A stretch of DNA of 32,000 bases from Hymenobacter fodinae (GCF_004745825.1 NZ_SRLA01000005.1:97106-129105), one strand, 5' to 3'. Shown: positions 16,279-25,167, numbered from the stretch's first letter. Translations and numbers: made by a program. The notes: generated by a model from the letters alone, not told the origin.

Positions 16279-17028
16279 CTATTTTCCGGCAGCCGCTTTA
16301 AGCTGCGCCGCTTTGCCCGGGTCGCTTATCTCGATCTCGGTTTGCTTGGTCAGGTTAAACCCTTCTTTCGACCACGGATTGTCCTTGTTGCTGTGGGGCG
16401 CACCGCCCGGACCACCTGATCCACCGCCGCCATTGCCCGGCGCCGCCACGTAGTGCTTGCCCATTTCAGTGCCAGCCCAAGCTTTCAAATGATCGGTGAC
16501 CGGCATGTTTTCGATGGTGACAATGGCCTCGTCGCCTTCGTAATCAACCTTTACCTTTTCCTTGAGCATGGCGCGCACGGCAGGTGCAAACGGGGCAGCA
16601 ATGCCAGCGTCGGCGATAGCGGCATTGAGAGCAGCGTCACTGTACTGACGGTCCAGCTTGGCCTTCAATCCGTCCCGTTCGCCGGTTACTTTATCCAGCG
16701 ATTTTTTGTGAGCATCTTCTAGACGGGCGCGCTGGTCGGCAAGTCGCTGATCAACATTCCCACTGCCACCGTCTTTGAGGCGGTTATATTCCTCAACCGT
16801 GAAATCATCCGGCAGACCAGCCAGGCGATCTTCTGCCGCTGCCGCACGGGCATCAGCCGCCTTTTTCTCGTCGCGCACTGTGGTAAGCGACTTCTTCAAC
16901 CCGACCACCTCAGGGTGACTGTCGATGCCCTCGACGTTCAGGTAAAACTTGCCGTCCTTTTCGGTGTAGGCGGCTTTCAGGGCTTCATCGACGCCATCGA
17001 GCGTGTCGATTACAGATTTCAATTTCAT
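16279..17028 (-). CDS. capsid scaffolding protein
   Basis: 249 aa, highly charged and helical (KKAADARAAAAEDRLAGL..., RLADQRARLEDAHKKSLDKVTGERDGLKAKLDRQ). It lies immediately upstream of the capsid gene. Confidence 0.65.
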   Translation of the reverse strand: MKLKSVIDTLDGVDEALKAAYTEKDGKFYLNVEGIDSHPEVVGLKKSLTTVRDEKKAADARAAAAEDRLAGLPDDFTVEEYNRLKDGGSGNVDQRLADQRARLEDAHKKSLDKVTGERDGLKAKLDRQYSDAALNAAIADAGIAAPFAPAVRAMLKEKVKVDYEGDEAIVTIENMPVTDHLKAWAGTEMGKHYVAAPGNGGGGSGGPGGAPHSNKDNPWSKEGFNLTKQTEIEISDPGKAAQLKAAAGK

Positions 17029-17043
17029 TCATCACCTCTCGGG

Positions 17044-18069
17044 TTAGGTTTCGCGTTTCCGCAGTTCTGCCAGTGTATAGGTGCGGCCGGATTTGTCAAC
17101 GAACTTGTCCAGCGGCGTCCCAGCGCGGAACAGGCGGGCGCGCTCGACACCCAGCACATCCTCCTGAAACGCGATGGACTGCTTTTTCAAGAAGTCGGCA
17201 AAGGTGGTCTGCGACGGAACGGGGCCTATAATTGAAGCCCGGTCGCCGCGCTCATCATCCTCGAAATATGCCACCAGGATCGACCGGCAGCGGAAATGCG
17301 CCGGCAGCACGGGGGCCTTGCCCAGCACGTACACCTTGCCGTCGCGGCTGGCACAAATAAGCGTCGTGCGGCTGTCCAGCGTCGCCACGTACTGCACCTG
17401 ATCAACGATGTCGGCGTTGGCCTGGTACACTTCCATTCGGGCGCGGTTTTGCACATGCGCCACGGCGGTACGGGTCACAGCCTCGGCATCGCGTCGGCTG
17501 ATCTCCAAGATGCCGTCCTGGTACTGCCGCGCTCTGGTGCCCCGGATGCGGCGCACAATCTGGTCGGTGGTTTCGTTCTGCGTGATGCCCAGCCGGATGG
17601 CTGAGTGGATGCGCTTCACTTCGTCCTGTCCAAGGCTCTGGGCGAAGTCGCGCAGCAAACGGCCCTGGAACGGTTGGCTCGTCACGATGGCCTTAAGCTG
17701 CGCATTGCTCGGCAGGGCCAGCGTGTGCGTCACGCCCGCGTTGGCGGCCAAGCGAACCTGAAAATCAGCCTCGTACTGGCTGAACTCTGTCAGCTCATCG
17801 GTCATACGGCTTTCCAGCACCGAATACACCTCGCCGCGCTTGGCGACGATCTCATCCAGCAGTTTCTGCAGGCGCTTGGTAGAGGCGGGTCCAAGATCAA
17901 AGCCGCGTTGCTCAATCCCCGCCAGCCGACCAGCAATCAGCTCGATCAGATCAGCTTCGCTGTCATTGAGCAGGCCGATGATCTTGCGCAGTACGCCGCC
18001 CTTGTAGCGCTCCAAGAACACGGAATGCTTGATCTGGGCTTCCAGGATGCGTTCATTGATGGTGGTCAT
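17044..18069 (-). CDS. head morphogenesis protein, SPP1 gp7 / Mu F-like
   Basis: 341 aa with ...ITQNETTDQIVRRIRG...ISRRDAEAVTRTAVAHVQNRARMEVYQAN...ATLDSRTTLICASRDGKVY, the characteristic Phage_Mu_F pattern. It lies downstream of the portal gene. Confidence 0.8.
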   Translation of the reverse strand: MTTINERILEAQIKHSVFLERYKGGVLRKIIGLLNDSEADLIELIAGRLAGIEQRGFDLGPASTKRLQKLLDEIVAKRGEVYSVLESRMTDELTEFSQYEADFQVRLAANAGVTHTLALPSNAQLKAIVTSQPFQGRLLRDFAQSLGQDEVKRIHSAIRLGITQNETTDQIVRRIRGTRARQYQDGILEISRRDAEAVTRTAVAHVQNRARMEVYQANADIVDQVQYVATLDSRTTLICASRDGKVYVLGKAPVLPAHFRCRSILVAYFEDDERGDRASIIGPVPSQTTFADFLKKQSIAFQEDVLGVERARLFRAGTPLDKFVDKSGRTYTLAELRKRET

Positions 18070-18260
18070 TTCCTGCGCCTTTTGCCTTTGCGGTCCGGCG
18101 CGTCATGACGCTGTGAGGTCAGATGGAAATAGTCGCAATTCGGACACAGATACACGACCGCGATTTTATGGCTGCGACGCATGATGCCATTGGCCCGCTT
18201 TTGCGCCTGCTGACGGGTTTCATAGCTGATTTTCGTGCAGATGGGCGCTTCTGACATCAA
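18066..18260 (-). CDS. small basic protein with a zinc-ribbon-like motif (hypothetical)
   Basis: 64 aa with Cys8 ... CPNC-x3-H and a Lys/Arg-rich tail. It overlaps the MuF-like start by 4 nt. Confidence 0.4.
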   Translation of the reverse strand: MMSEAPICTKISYETRQQAQKRANGIMRRSHKIAVVYLCPNCDYFHLTSQRHDAPDRKGKRRRK

Positions 18261-18264
18261 GCCC

Positions 18265-19689
18265 TCACTCGGCAGGAGGTTTATCGGTCAGCGTCCCCAG
18301 CGGTGGCCCATCTTCCTTGATAGCGTCTTGCTCTTGCTCAAACGTGCGATCGTCTGGCAACCACTCGGCCGCTTTTAACACCCCAAACAGTGTCTCCTTG
18401 GAGATTTCGCCCGCTTGCCGCGCCGCGACCCAGGCCGTCAAATCCGCGCCCGTGAAATTGGGTGGGAAGAAGTCCCGGTTCAGCTCTACGGAAATTTCCC
18501 CGGCAATGCCCATCCACTCCGCGGCGAACTGCAGCGCCTTTTCCAACTGACGCTCGACCACCCCACAGGTGGCCGACAAGATGCTGCTTTCCCCGCCGCG
18601 CTTGATCTCGTGTGTTTGTGCGGCCTCTGCGTCTTTCTTCTCCGGCGCCAACATGCGTGCGCCCAGCGCCGCCATCTGCTCCTGCTTGCGATCCATGAGC
18701 TTTTCCAGCGTCGCAAAGCCCTCGGAGCCGCACTGCAGGAAGCCTACTTTGGTATTGGGGTCGGCGAACGTCAGGAACGTGGAACTGCCAATGTAAATCG
18801 CCTTTTCCACTGCGTTGCCGCTTTGATCAAACTCGGCCTGCAGGCCGGCGACCCACGGCGTCGGCTGCCCGGCGATGTGCGCGCCGTTTTCCAGGTCGGC
18901 GCTGTTTTGGTAATGCGCGATGTTGACATCAACCAGCGCTTCGATCGGCGGGGTGACGACATCCATCGTCGGTTTGCGGGCCGAAAGCGCATAAAATGGG
19001 ATTTCCGAGAAGGGTGTGCCAGCCTTCAGAGGCGTGATCGACTGAACAACCGCCCATTCTGCGCCATCCGTCGGACGTTGCCAGATGGCCTGCGAATAGA
19101 TCCCATCGCTCAACAGCAGCTGACGCACCTGCTGGGCCTTCTCTCCATCCGGGCGCTCGTACCATTCGGACAGACGGACCTCAATGAGTTGATACCGGTT
19201 ATTGATCCGGCCCATTTTCCAATAGAGGATGCTTTCGGCTTGGTACTGCACGAGATAGGGCCTAATGTTCTGGGCCTCGACCTGCGCGACCGTTACCCCA
19301 TCGCTCGCCTCCGGCATATCCACAAAGATGCCTCCTCGTGCCACTGTCAGCACTTCGGCCAGGCAGCCTTCGGCGAAATCGGTCAGCGTCTCATCGGAGA
19401 GCGTGATGTCATTCATCCACGGTTCCATTATTGGCGGCACCGTCACGGTCATTGGCTTGCGCATCACGAGGCCGATCATGGCCTCGATCGTGCGGCCAGT
19501 GGCGTTGAAGAAATTGCCGCGCTTGACGTATTTCAGGTAATTGGCATCTTCCTGACCGGCAAGCTTCGGCAGATAGAGCGGACCGCCCTTGTGAATGGCG
19601 CGCTGCCCTTGCTTGGCGTCTCGGCATTTCTTCCAGACGGGTTGGTACTCGATGTAATCGGGGTGCTGGACGGTCGGATCAAGGGCCAT
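18265..19689 (-). CDS. portal protein
   Basis: 474 aa, between the terminase region and the MuF-like gene. The N-terminus YIEYQPVWKKCRDAKQGQRAIHKGGPLYLPKL...YLKYVKRGNFFNATGRT matches my memory of the DUF4055-type portal family. Confidence 0.8.
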   Translation of the reverse strand: MALDPTVQHPDYIEYQPVWKKCRDAKQGQRAIHKGGPLYLPKLAGQEDANYLKYVKRGNFFNATGRTIEAMIGLVMRKPMTVTVPPIMEPWMNDITLSDETLTDFAEGCLAEVLTVARGGIFVDMPEASDGVTVAQVEAQNIRPYLVQYQAESILYWKMGRINNRYQLIEVRLSEWYERPDGEKAQQVRQLLLSDGIYSQAIWQRPTDGAEWAVVQSITPLKAGTPFSEIPFYALSARKPTMDVVTPPIEALVDVNIAHYQNSADLENGAHIAGQPTPWVAGLQAEFDQSGNAVEKAIYIGSSTFLTFADPNTKVGFLQCGSEGFATLEKLMDRKQEQMAALGARMLAPEKKDAEAAQTHEIKRGGESSILSATCGVVERQLEKALQFAAEWMGIAGEISVELNRDFFPPNFTGADLTAWVAARQAGEISKETLFGVLKAAEWLPDDRTFEQEQDAIKEDGPPLGTLTDKPPAE

Positions 19690-21332
19690 TAGGCGACACT
19701 CACTTTGCCACGACGCATGGGAAGCGTGTAGGCGCTGTTATCCCGGATGACGTTAGCCAACGTCACGGGCTGGTTGTCATAGATGTAATACAGCGTCCCC
19801 GCCACAGCGGATGCCAGGGTCATGGTGATCTGGCTGCCGTTTACCTTGGTAAAGCCGCTCAAGGCGACCTGCTGCCCATTGGCGCCCATGTAATAGAACC
19901 CCTCGCCGTTGCCGGTAAAATCTGTGGCGCCATCGTGGGTCAGGTTGATCGTCAGCGTTGCGCCCGAGCGTGTGGCTGAGAAGCGCGGGCCGCTGGTTGC
20001 CGTAATTGCCGCGCCCATGTGCCGGTCGCGTTGGCGCGCCGCACGTTGGGCCATGATTTCGTATTGGGCTTTCGGGTAGTGAACGCCATCGCTGAACAGC
20101 GGCAGGTCATAGCGCTCATGCGACATGCGGCACCACACGTTTTCGGCGATGACCTCATTTTGAATGTCAACGATGGCTTGAATACCTCCGATGTTGGTGT
20201 AGGTGCCATCCGTCCGGATACCCAACTTACCGATGCTGATCTCGGCAGTCGGGCTAAGCGACAACAGGTAGCGGAACAACCGCATCAAGCAGTCTTTGTA
20301 GGTCGCCGAGGTAATCAGCGGACGTGAGGGGTTATTGATCGCGTGACCTTCTCCCTCACCCTGATCCCAGATAAACTCATCAACCTGACGGCCATAACGG
20401 ACAATGATCTCGGACAAGGCCAGGGCGTTCGGGCCGGGCGTGTGGGTGGTGTCATCCCACCAGTAGTTGGTTTCGCCCGCCGATACGGTCGATTTCATAA
20501 GCGCCGCGCCACCGATAGCGCCGCCCAGATAGGTCACGATACGCGTTGCGCTATTGGCGCAGGCCGCGAGATACGCATTACGTCCATCGGGATTGCCGCC
20601 ATTATCGGTGCCGCCCACGACCCACTTGCCGATATTGGATTGCCCTGCCGTGGCCACGGTCGTTACCTGTGGCCTCGTACATAACAGGCTCAACTGCGCA
20701 GGCGTCAGGAACGCGCCCGAGCCTAGCTGGAACGAGGCCACCCGGCCTTGCAATGGGTCAGAGCCGCTGTTACGCGCCCCGATCCGCAGCGAGGTGAACG
20801 CGGCCGAGAAGGCCGGCAGCGTCGTCGTGATCTCGTACACCTGACCGTGCCAGTAGACCCGCAGGGTCAGCGCCGAGCCATTGACCTGCCAGGTGACACC
20901 ATACGCCTGAGCGATATTGGCGACGATCGGCAGCGTAATATTCGGCGTGGCAAACTGCGCGGTCGAGATGTCCACGTTGTTGGCGCGCACATAGAACAGG
21001 GGTCGGTTGGTGGTGTTCGAGAAGCGCACACCGAACACGTTGTTGCCATTGCCGCTGTGCAGGGCAAACAGCGCCTGCAGCGTCGAGATGGTCGTAATGG
21101 CAAAGCGCTGCACGATCCAGCCGGACGACGGAAAAGACGCAAACCCAGCCGGGATTGCGTAATCAGCGCTATTTGTCGGGTAATTGTAATCGGCGGACGG
21201 CTTGAGGTCCAGCGCCGCAAGCTGTTCCGCTGACAACCCCGACGATCCGGCATTATCGGACGAGGCAGCCTTACCCTTGGCAGGAAAGAGGACGAACGGA
21301 AAGTATCGACTGCGTGCCAAGATGGACCTCAT
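19689..21332 (-). CDS. LamG-like lectin domain + SASA/SGNH-type carbohydrate O-acetylesterase (putative)
   Basis: About 547 aa from ATG 21332; the ORF-track start at 21440 would overlap TerL by 80 nt. It has the GQSN nucleophile motif (VATAGQSNIGKW) and a distal DGVH (DxxH) block typical of sialate O-acetylesterase-like SGNH hydrolases. The N-terminal region looks like a beta-sandwich (FALHSGNGNNVFGVRF...LRIGARNSG...GRVASFQL). Its stop overlaps the portal ATG as TAATG. Confidence 0.55.
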   Translation of the reverse strand: MRSILARSRYFPFVLFPAKGKAASSDNAGSSGLSAEQLAALDLKPSADYNYPTNSADYAIPAGFASFPSSGWIVQRFAITTISTLQALFALHSGNGNNVFGVRFSNTTNRPLFYVRANNVDISTAQFATPNITLPIVANIAQAYGVTWQVNGSALTLRVYWHGQVYEITTTLPAFSAAFTSLRIGARNSGSDPLQGRVASFQLGSGAFLTPAQLSLLCTRPQVTTVATAGQSNIGKWVVGGTDNGGNPDGRNAYLAACANSATRIVTYLGGAIGGAALMKSTVSAGETNYWWDDTTHTPGPNALALSEIIVRYGRQVDEFIWDQGEGEGHAINNPSRPLITSATYKDCLMRLFRYLLSLSPTAEISIGKLGIRTDGTYTNIGGIQAIVDIQNEVIAENVWCRMSHERYDLPLFSDGVHYPKAQYEIMAQRAARQRDRHMGAAITATSGPRFSATRSGATLTINLTHDGATDFTGNGEGFYYMGANGQQVALSGFTKVNGSQITMTLASAVAGTLYYIYDNQPVTLANVIRDNSAYTLPMRRGKVSVA

Positions 21333-21360
21333 GCTGTTATGCGGCCAGTATGCCCCAGTT

Positions 21361-22632
21361 TTAAACCCCGTGCAAGACGGCTCTTTGGACGCCACGCCCA
21401 CGGATCGGGTACCGCTGATTGATGAAATAGCCCTGGGCATCAGGCGGGTGGTCGTGGCCGGTGCTTTTGTCCGGCTCGCCGTTCTTGTCGTAGGCCTGCT
21501 GCTCCAACGCCTCCGTCAGGCGCGGGCACTGATCGGTGTTGACCAACCAGCGGCGTTCGCCCTCACCGTTCAGGATCATAGCGTTCATAGCGTTGACCCG
21601 ATCCTTTACGGCCGGATTGGTGCTGTTGACGATGACGGTGAACCGGTTCTGGCGCAGGATGGACAGGTCGCTTTCCGAGGCGTTCACCGACTTATGCGCC
21701 TGGCCGCTGGCGTCGGGGTACACGGTCATGCTGTGGTCCGGGTAGCGCTCCCGCAGCATCCGCGCCATTGTTGGCGTATCGCGCACGCCGGTCAATTCGC
21801 CTACGGTGCGAGGCCAGCCGTCGCGGATCACGTTGATGATGGCCGTCATGTTCAGCACGTTGAAGTCCATGCCTATGTGCAGCGGCTCACGCGGGCGCAT
21901 GGTGTCGTTGGTATGGTTCAGGCGCCGGTCGAAGCTGGCATATACCGAGCCGGAAGCCAGGTTGACGAATTGGCCGCGCAGGTAGGCATCGATCAGCTGT
22001 GGCGGGTAGGAGGCGAACAGCGAGGAAATGTAATCGTCCGGCAGGTTGATGGCGTTGTCGTAGGTGCTGGCCTGCACCATGCCGTACAGGTCACGAAGCG
22101 CTGGCTTTTCGCGCAGCTGCTTGACGAACTGGTTGTAGACGAATTTGAAGCCCTCGGGCGTCGTGGTGACGGAAATGCCGTTGACCAGCCCTGGCACATT
22201 GTAGCGCATCCGGGCGATGATCTTGCGCCAGGCGGTTTCCGCCTTGTCGATCTTCATCACGTCCAGCTCGTCAATCAGCGCCTTGCCGATCTTGAAGCCC
22301 ACGATGTCGCCGGGCTTTTCCATCGACCGGCACAGAATGGTGCCGCGGTACTTCTTGCCCGAGTACAGGGCGACTTCCTTGTTGCTGAGGTGGATTTTGG
22401 TGGTCAGGCCCCACTCGGCGGCGACTTCCTCGATCGTCGGGTAGAAGATGTCCCGGATCTGGCCGTAGGTCGGCGCGAAATAGCCGGAGTTGATGCCGGG
22501 GAACTCCATCGCGTGCTTGCACAGGTCGGTGCAGCCCACCCACGTTTTGCCCGAGCCGAAGCCTGCCACGAAAGCCTTGAACTTGTGCGGCAGGCGGATG
22601 AACTCGAATTGCGGCCTATTGAGGTTCGGCAC
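21361..22632 (-). CDS. terL: terminase large subunit
   Basis: 423 aa with a Walker A-like motif (FVAGFGSGKTW) near the N-terminus and a downstream nuclease-domain-sized region. It overlaps the TerS gene by 17 nt. Confidence 0.9.
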   Translation of the reverse strand: MPNLNRPQFEFIRLPHKFKAFVAGFGSGKTWVGCTDLCKHAMEFPGINSGYFAPTYGQIRDIFYPTIEEVAAEWGLTTKIHLSNKEVALYSGKKYRGTILCRSMEKPGDIVGFKIGKALIDELDVMKIDKAETAWRKIIARMRYNVPGLVNGISVTTTPEGFKFVYNQFVKQLREKPALRDLYGMVQASTYDNAINLPDDYISSLFASYPPQLIDAYLRGQFVNLASGSVYASFDRRLNHTNDTMRPREPLHIGMDFNVLNMTAIINVIRDGWPRTVGELTGVRDTPTMARMLRERYPDHSMTVYPDASGQAHKSVNASESDLSILRQNRFTVIVNSTNPAVKDRVNAMNAMILNGEGERRWLVNTDQCPRLTEALEQQAYDKNGEPDKSTGHDHPPDAQGYFINQRYPIRGRGVQRAVLHGV

Positions 22633-23152
22633 CCGGCTTCCTTCCGTCCACCTCTTTCAGCGTCACGGGCTCGGGTTGGGCCTTGTTGTCATCATCGGCC
22701 GGCTCCGGTTTGTCGCGCCACTTGGCCGGCTGACGGTTGCGCAGCCACAGCGACAGGGCGGGGGTATCGGGTGGCGCCGCACGGCGCACGGGCACGACCT
22801 GAATTTCTTCTCTCTCGCTGATTTTGCGACCGTTGCCTGCATATTCGACGGTCTTGATCTTGAACGCCTGGTCCTCGACCCATTCCGCGCCCATCGCTCG
22901 TTCGTGGAGCTTGGCGGCCACGTCGGCGTCAGCTTTGAGCTTGCCCGCACATATGGCGTCGGAAAAATCTTGGTGACGCTTCTTCCACTCGTGGATGGTA
23001 TCGACGTTGACGCCGAAGAACTCGGCCAGCTCGTCATTGGTCAGGCCCAGCAGACACAGCTTGCGGGCTTGCTCAGCGTACTCAGGCAGATACAGGCTTG
23101 GCCGACCGCGTTTCAGTTTGCTTTTCGCTGGCTTTTTCTTCTTGGCCGGCAC
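22616..23152 (-). CDS. terS: terminase small subunit
   Basis: 178 aa with a basic N-terminus (MPAKKKKPAKSKLKRGRPSLY) and an HTH (LTNDELAEFFGVNVDTIHEWKKRH), a pattern typical of phage small terminases. Confidence 0.8.
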   Translation of the reverse strand: MPAKKKKPAKSKLKRGRPSLYLPEYAEQARKLCLLGLTNDELAEFFGVNVDTIHEWKKRHQDFSDAICAGKLKADADVAAKLHERAMGAEWVEDQAFKIKTVEYAGNGRKISEREEIQVVPVRRAAPPDTPALSLWLRNRQPAKWRDKPEPADDDNKAQPEPVTLKEVDGRKPGAEPQ

Positions 23153-23322
23153 ATATCACCTCAAAAAACTGCCTATTCGTCCCTATTGCTCCGTGTCATT
23201 GGCGGCCACGACCGGCCTTGTCGATAGGGACTTGGTATGCCGGGTCGATAGGCGCGACCCCCAAGACGGGCGGCGTGGCACGCTTTGATGATACCACAGC
23301 CACCAGGCAGTGCAAGGGGATT

Positions 23323-23535
23323 TTACCGACGCAGCCGACCGTATGGGATCGGCAGCTGCTTGCCGGCCTCGTGCCGGTCGGTAACAGCGAACAAGTTGCG
23401 CAGGAAGCGCTGATTGCTGGCCGTGTCATTCGGATTGCGTGCGGCCTCGACCTGTTCGAGCTGATCGGCGATAGGGGAGTAGTCCAGGCCCGTGAGGTGC
23501 TGACGGTTGTTGAGCCAGTTGGCGGTGATGGACAT
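23323..23535 (-). CDS. hypothetical protein, first gene of the packaging operon
   Basis: 70 aa. SD AAAGGA lies 8 nt upstream of the ATG. GC content is backbone-like. Confidence 0.45.
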   Translation of the reverse strand: MSITANWLNNRQHLTGLDYSPIADQLEQVEAARNPNDTASNQRFLRNLFAVTDRHEAGKQLPIPYGRLRR

Positions 23536-23567
23536 GCATGATCCTTTCTGTGAGGACGGAAAGCATC

Positions 23568-23598
23568 AGCATAGCAAGTGAACGGCGGGATATGTCAA
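23568..23598 (-). promoter_or_regulatory. candidate sigma70-type promoter for the packaging/late operon
   Basis: The minus strand has TTGACA (23598-23593), a 19-nt spacer, then TATGCT (23573-23568), about 30 nt upstream of the 70-aa ORF. The -35 is perfect but the spacer is long. Confidence 0.35.
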
Positions 23599-23713
23599 GG
23601 GATAATTTGCTGAAAACAAACACAATGGTCATCATTGTGTCTGCGTTCTAGGCAGTTAGCGCCTATTACATCCACTATTGCCGTATAAGGTTTAATTAAT
23701 AGATTGCGCGTCA

Positions 23714-24475
23714 ATGGAACCCCAGGCACACATCATCGAGCTGAAATTCGAGGGCAATGGCATCAAGCCCTCGAAAGTGAAAGCCAGCGAAGTGGCAGAG
23801 CTTATCATGAGCTTTGAAGGGGCCATCATGTCGGTGATGAAGCAGCAGCACGCCAGTGTCAGTGACACGGAGGTGTTTATCAGCTTCGAGGAAATCAAGG
23901 ATCAAAGCCTTAGCCTCAAGTGCCTGGCCAATAAGGCGAGGGAATATGTGTTCCCGGCGTTGCTGGCTATCACAACCTCGTTTTCCAACAATGCTTACTC
24001 GGGTCTGCCTTCGGGCGCGATCGAGGACCTAAAGAAGATTACCAAGTTCGCTCGGCGCCATGAGTGCGATGGGGTATGGATCCAGGATGGCGAACGCGTT
24101 GCCAGCTTCGACAAGGACACGGAGATCAACATCTCAGAGCAAGAGTTCCTGCGCGGCGATACCACGATTTATGGTCAGGTATTGAAGGCCGGCGGTGACA
24201 ATCCGCGTGTAACGCTCAAGATTGACGACGACTATACTGTCAGCTTTGACGTGCAGCGCGAGATAGCCATCAAGTTGGCTAGCAACCTGTACAAGGAAGT
24301 CGGCATGACAGGAAACGCACGCTGGCACCGGAAAACCTACAAAGTGGTTGATTTTCGCCCAGAGCGTTTGATTTTCATTGAGCAGGCACCCTTGACCGAC
24401 ACATTCAATCAGCTCGGCAAACTGTTTGGCGGCAGTTTAGAGGCAACCAACACTAAAAGCCTTTATCTCGACTAG
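23714..24475 (+). CDS. hypothetical 253-aa protein, partner of the PIN protein (no recognised domain)
   Basis: Clean ORF on the strand opposite to the phage backbone, in a region of intermediate GC. An in-frame TAA lies 7 codons upstream of the ATG, and no SD is present. The stop is 5 nt before the PIN gene ATG. Confidence 0.6.
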   Translation: MEPQAHIIELKFEGNGIKPSKVKASEVAELIMSFEGAIMSVMKQQHASVSDTEVFISFEEIKDQSLSLKCLANKAREYVFPALLAITTSFSNNAYSGLPSGAIEDLKKITKFARRHECDGVWIQDGERVASFDKDTEINISEQEFLRGDTTIYGQVLKAGGDNPRVTLKIDDDYTVSFDVQREIAIKLASNLYKEVGMTGNARWHRKTYKVVDFRPERLIFIEQAPLTDTFNQLGKLFGGSLEATNTKSLYLD

Positions 24476-24480
24476 ACGCT

Positions 24481-25167
24481 ATGGGTAAGCTTGTAATGAT
24501 CGACAGTCAGATCTTCATATGGGGCATCAAGGGCATGGCTTCTGAGGGGCAAGAGTTCCGCATTGGCCCAGCCCAGCGCTTCATACAGTTTCTGGATGAC
24601 GAGAAAAGCAAGCTCCTGTTGCCAGTCCCGCAGATGGCCGAGTTGCTGTCTTGCGTGCCCCCTGATCAGCAGGTAGAGATCAAGCGCTTTTTCGATAAGC
24701 GGTTCCAGGTCCGGCCTTTTGACGAGCTGGCTGCTGAGAAGTGCGCCGAGCTGCTGTATCACTCATTTAACGATCAAGAGCTAATCGAATACCGTAACGA
24801 GCATAAGGTCCCCAAGCAAAAGATCAAGTATGACTGCATGCTGGTGGCGATGGCAATCACTAACCGCGTCAGCAAGATCTACTCCGACGATAAGGACCTG
24901 AAGAAATTCGCAGCTGGGCAGATCGACGTAGTGAAGATGCCCGACATTGCCCCCGCGCCAGTACAGCAGACGTTGCAGTTTGATGGTGATCCGGATACAT
25001 GGCGCAGGAGAGCTGAACACTCAGCCGTACCTGCCACTGAGGGGGAGCCAGGCAAAGGCATTGTTATCGAGCAACGACTGGATAGGTTCATGTCGGAGAT
25101 TGCTGGTAAGCCAATTGTTTCGGGCAATCTAAGGTTTGGGGGCGATCAGGTGCCACCTCAAGCTTAG
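24481..25167 (+). CDS. PIN-domain nuclease with an approximately 80-aa C-terminal extension
   Basis: 228 aa. The N-terminal beta-strand with Asp (LVMIDSQIFIWG), a central acidic helix (VPQMAELLS), YDCMLVAMAI and IYSDDKDL match the acidic residue pattern of PIN/VapC folds. The C-terminal tail has no recognisable motif. Confidence 0.7.
   Translation: MGKLVMIDSQIFIWGIKGMASEGQEFRIGPAQRFIQFLDDEKSKLLLPVPQMAELLSCVPPDQQVEIKRFFDKRFQVRPFDELAAEKCAELLYHSFNDQELIEYRNEHKVPKQKIKYDCMLVAMAITNRVSKIYSDDKDLKKFAAGQIDVVKMPDIAPAPVQQTLQFDGDPDTWRRRAEHSAVPATEGEPGKGIVIEQRLDRFMSEIAGKPIVSGNLRFGGDQVPPQA

Noticed and set aside
19689-21440. Full 583-aa version of the esterase ORF
   Set aside because: It would overlap the TerL 3' end by 80 nt, and its N-terminus is low quality. 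The internal ATG at 21332 lies 28 nt after the TerL stop. The start remains uncertain because no clear SD is present.
24472-24762. 96-aa minus-strand ORF antisense to the PIN gene, and the 79-82-aa antisense ORFs at 24781-25127
   Set aside because: They are antisense to a gene with a clear PIN motif pattern. They have no RBS or motif and are probably chance ORFs.
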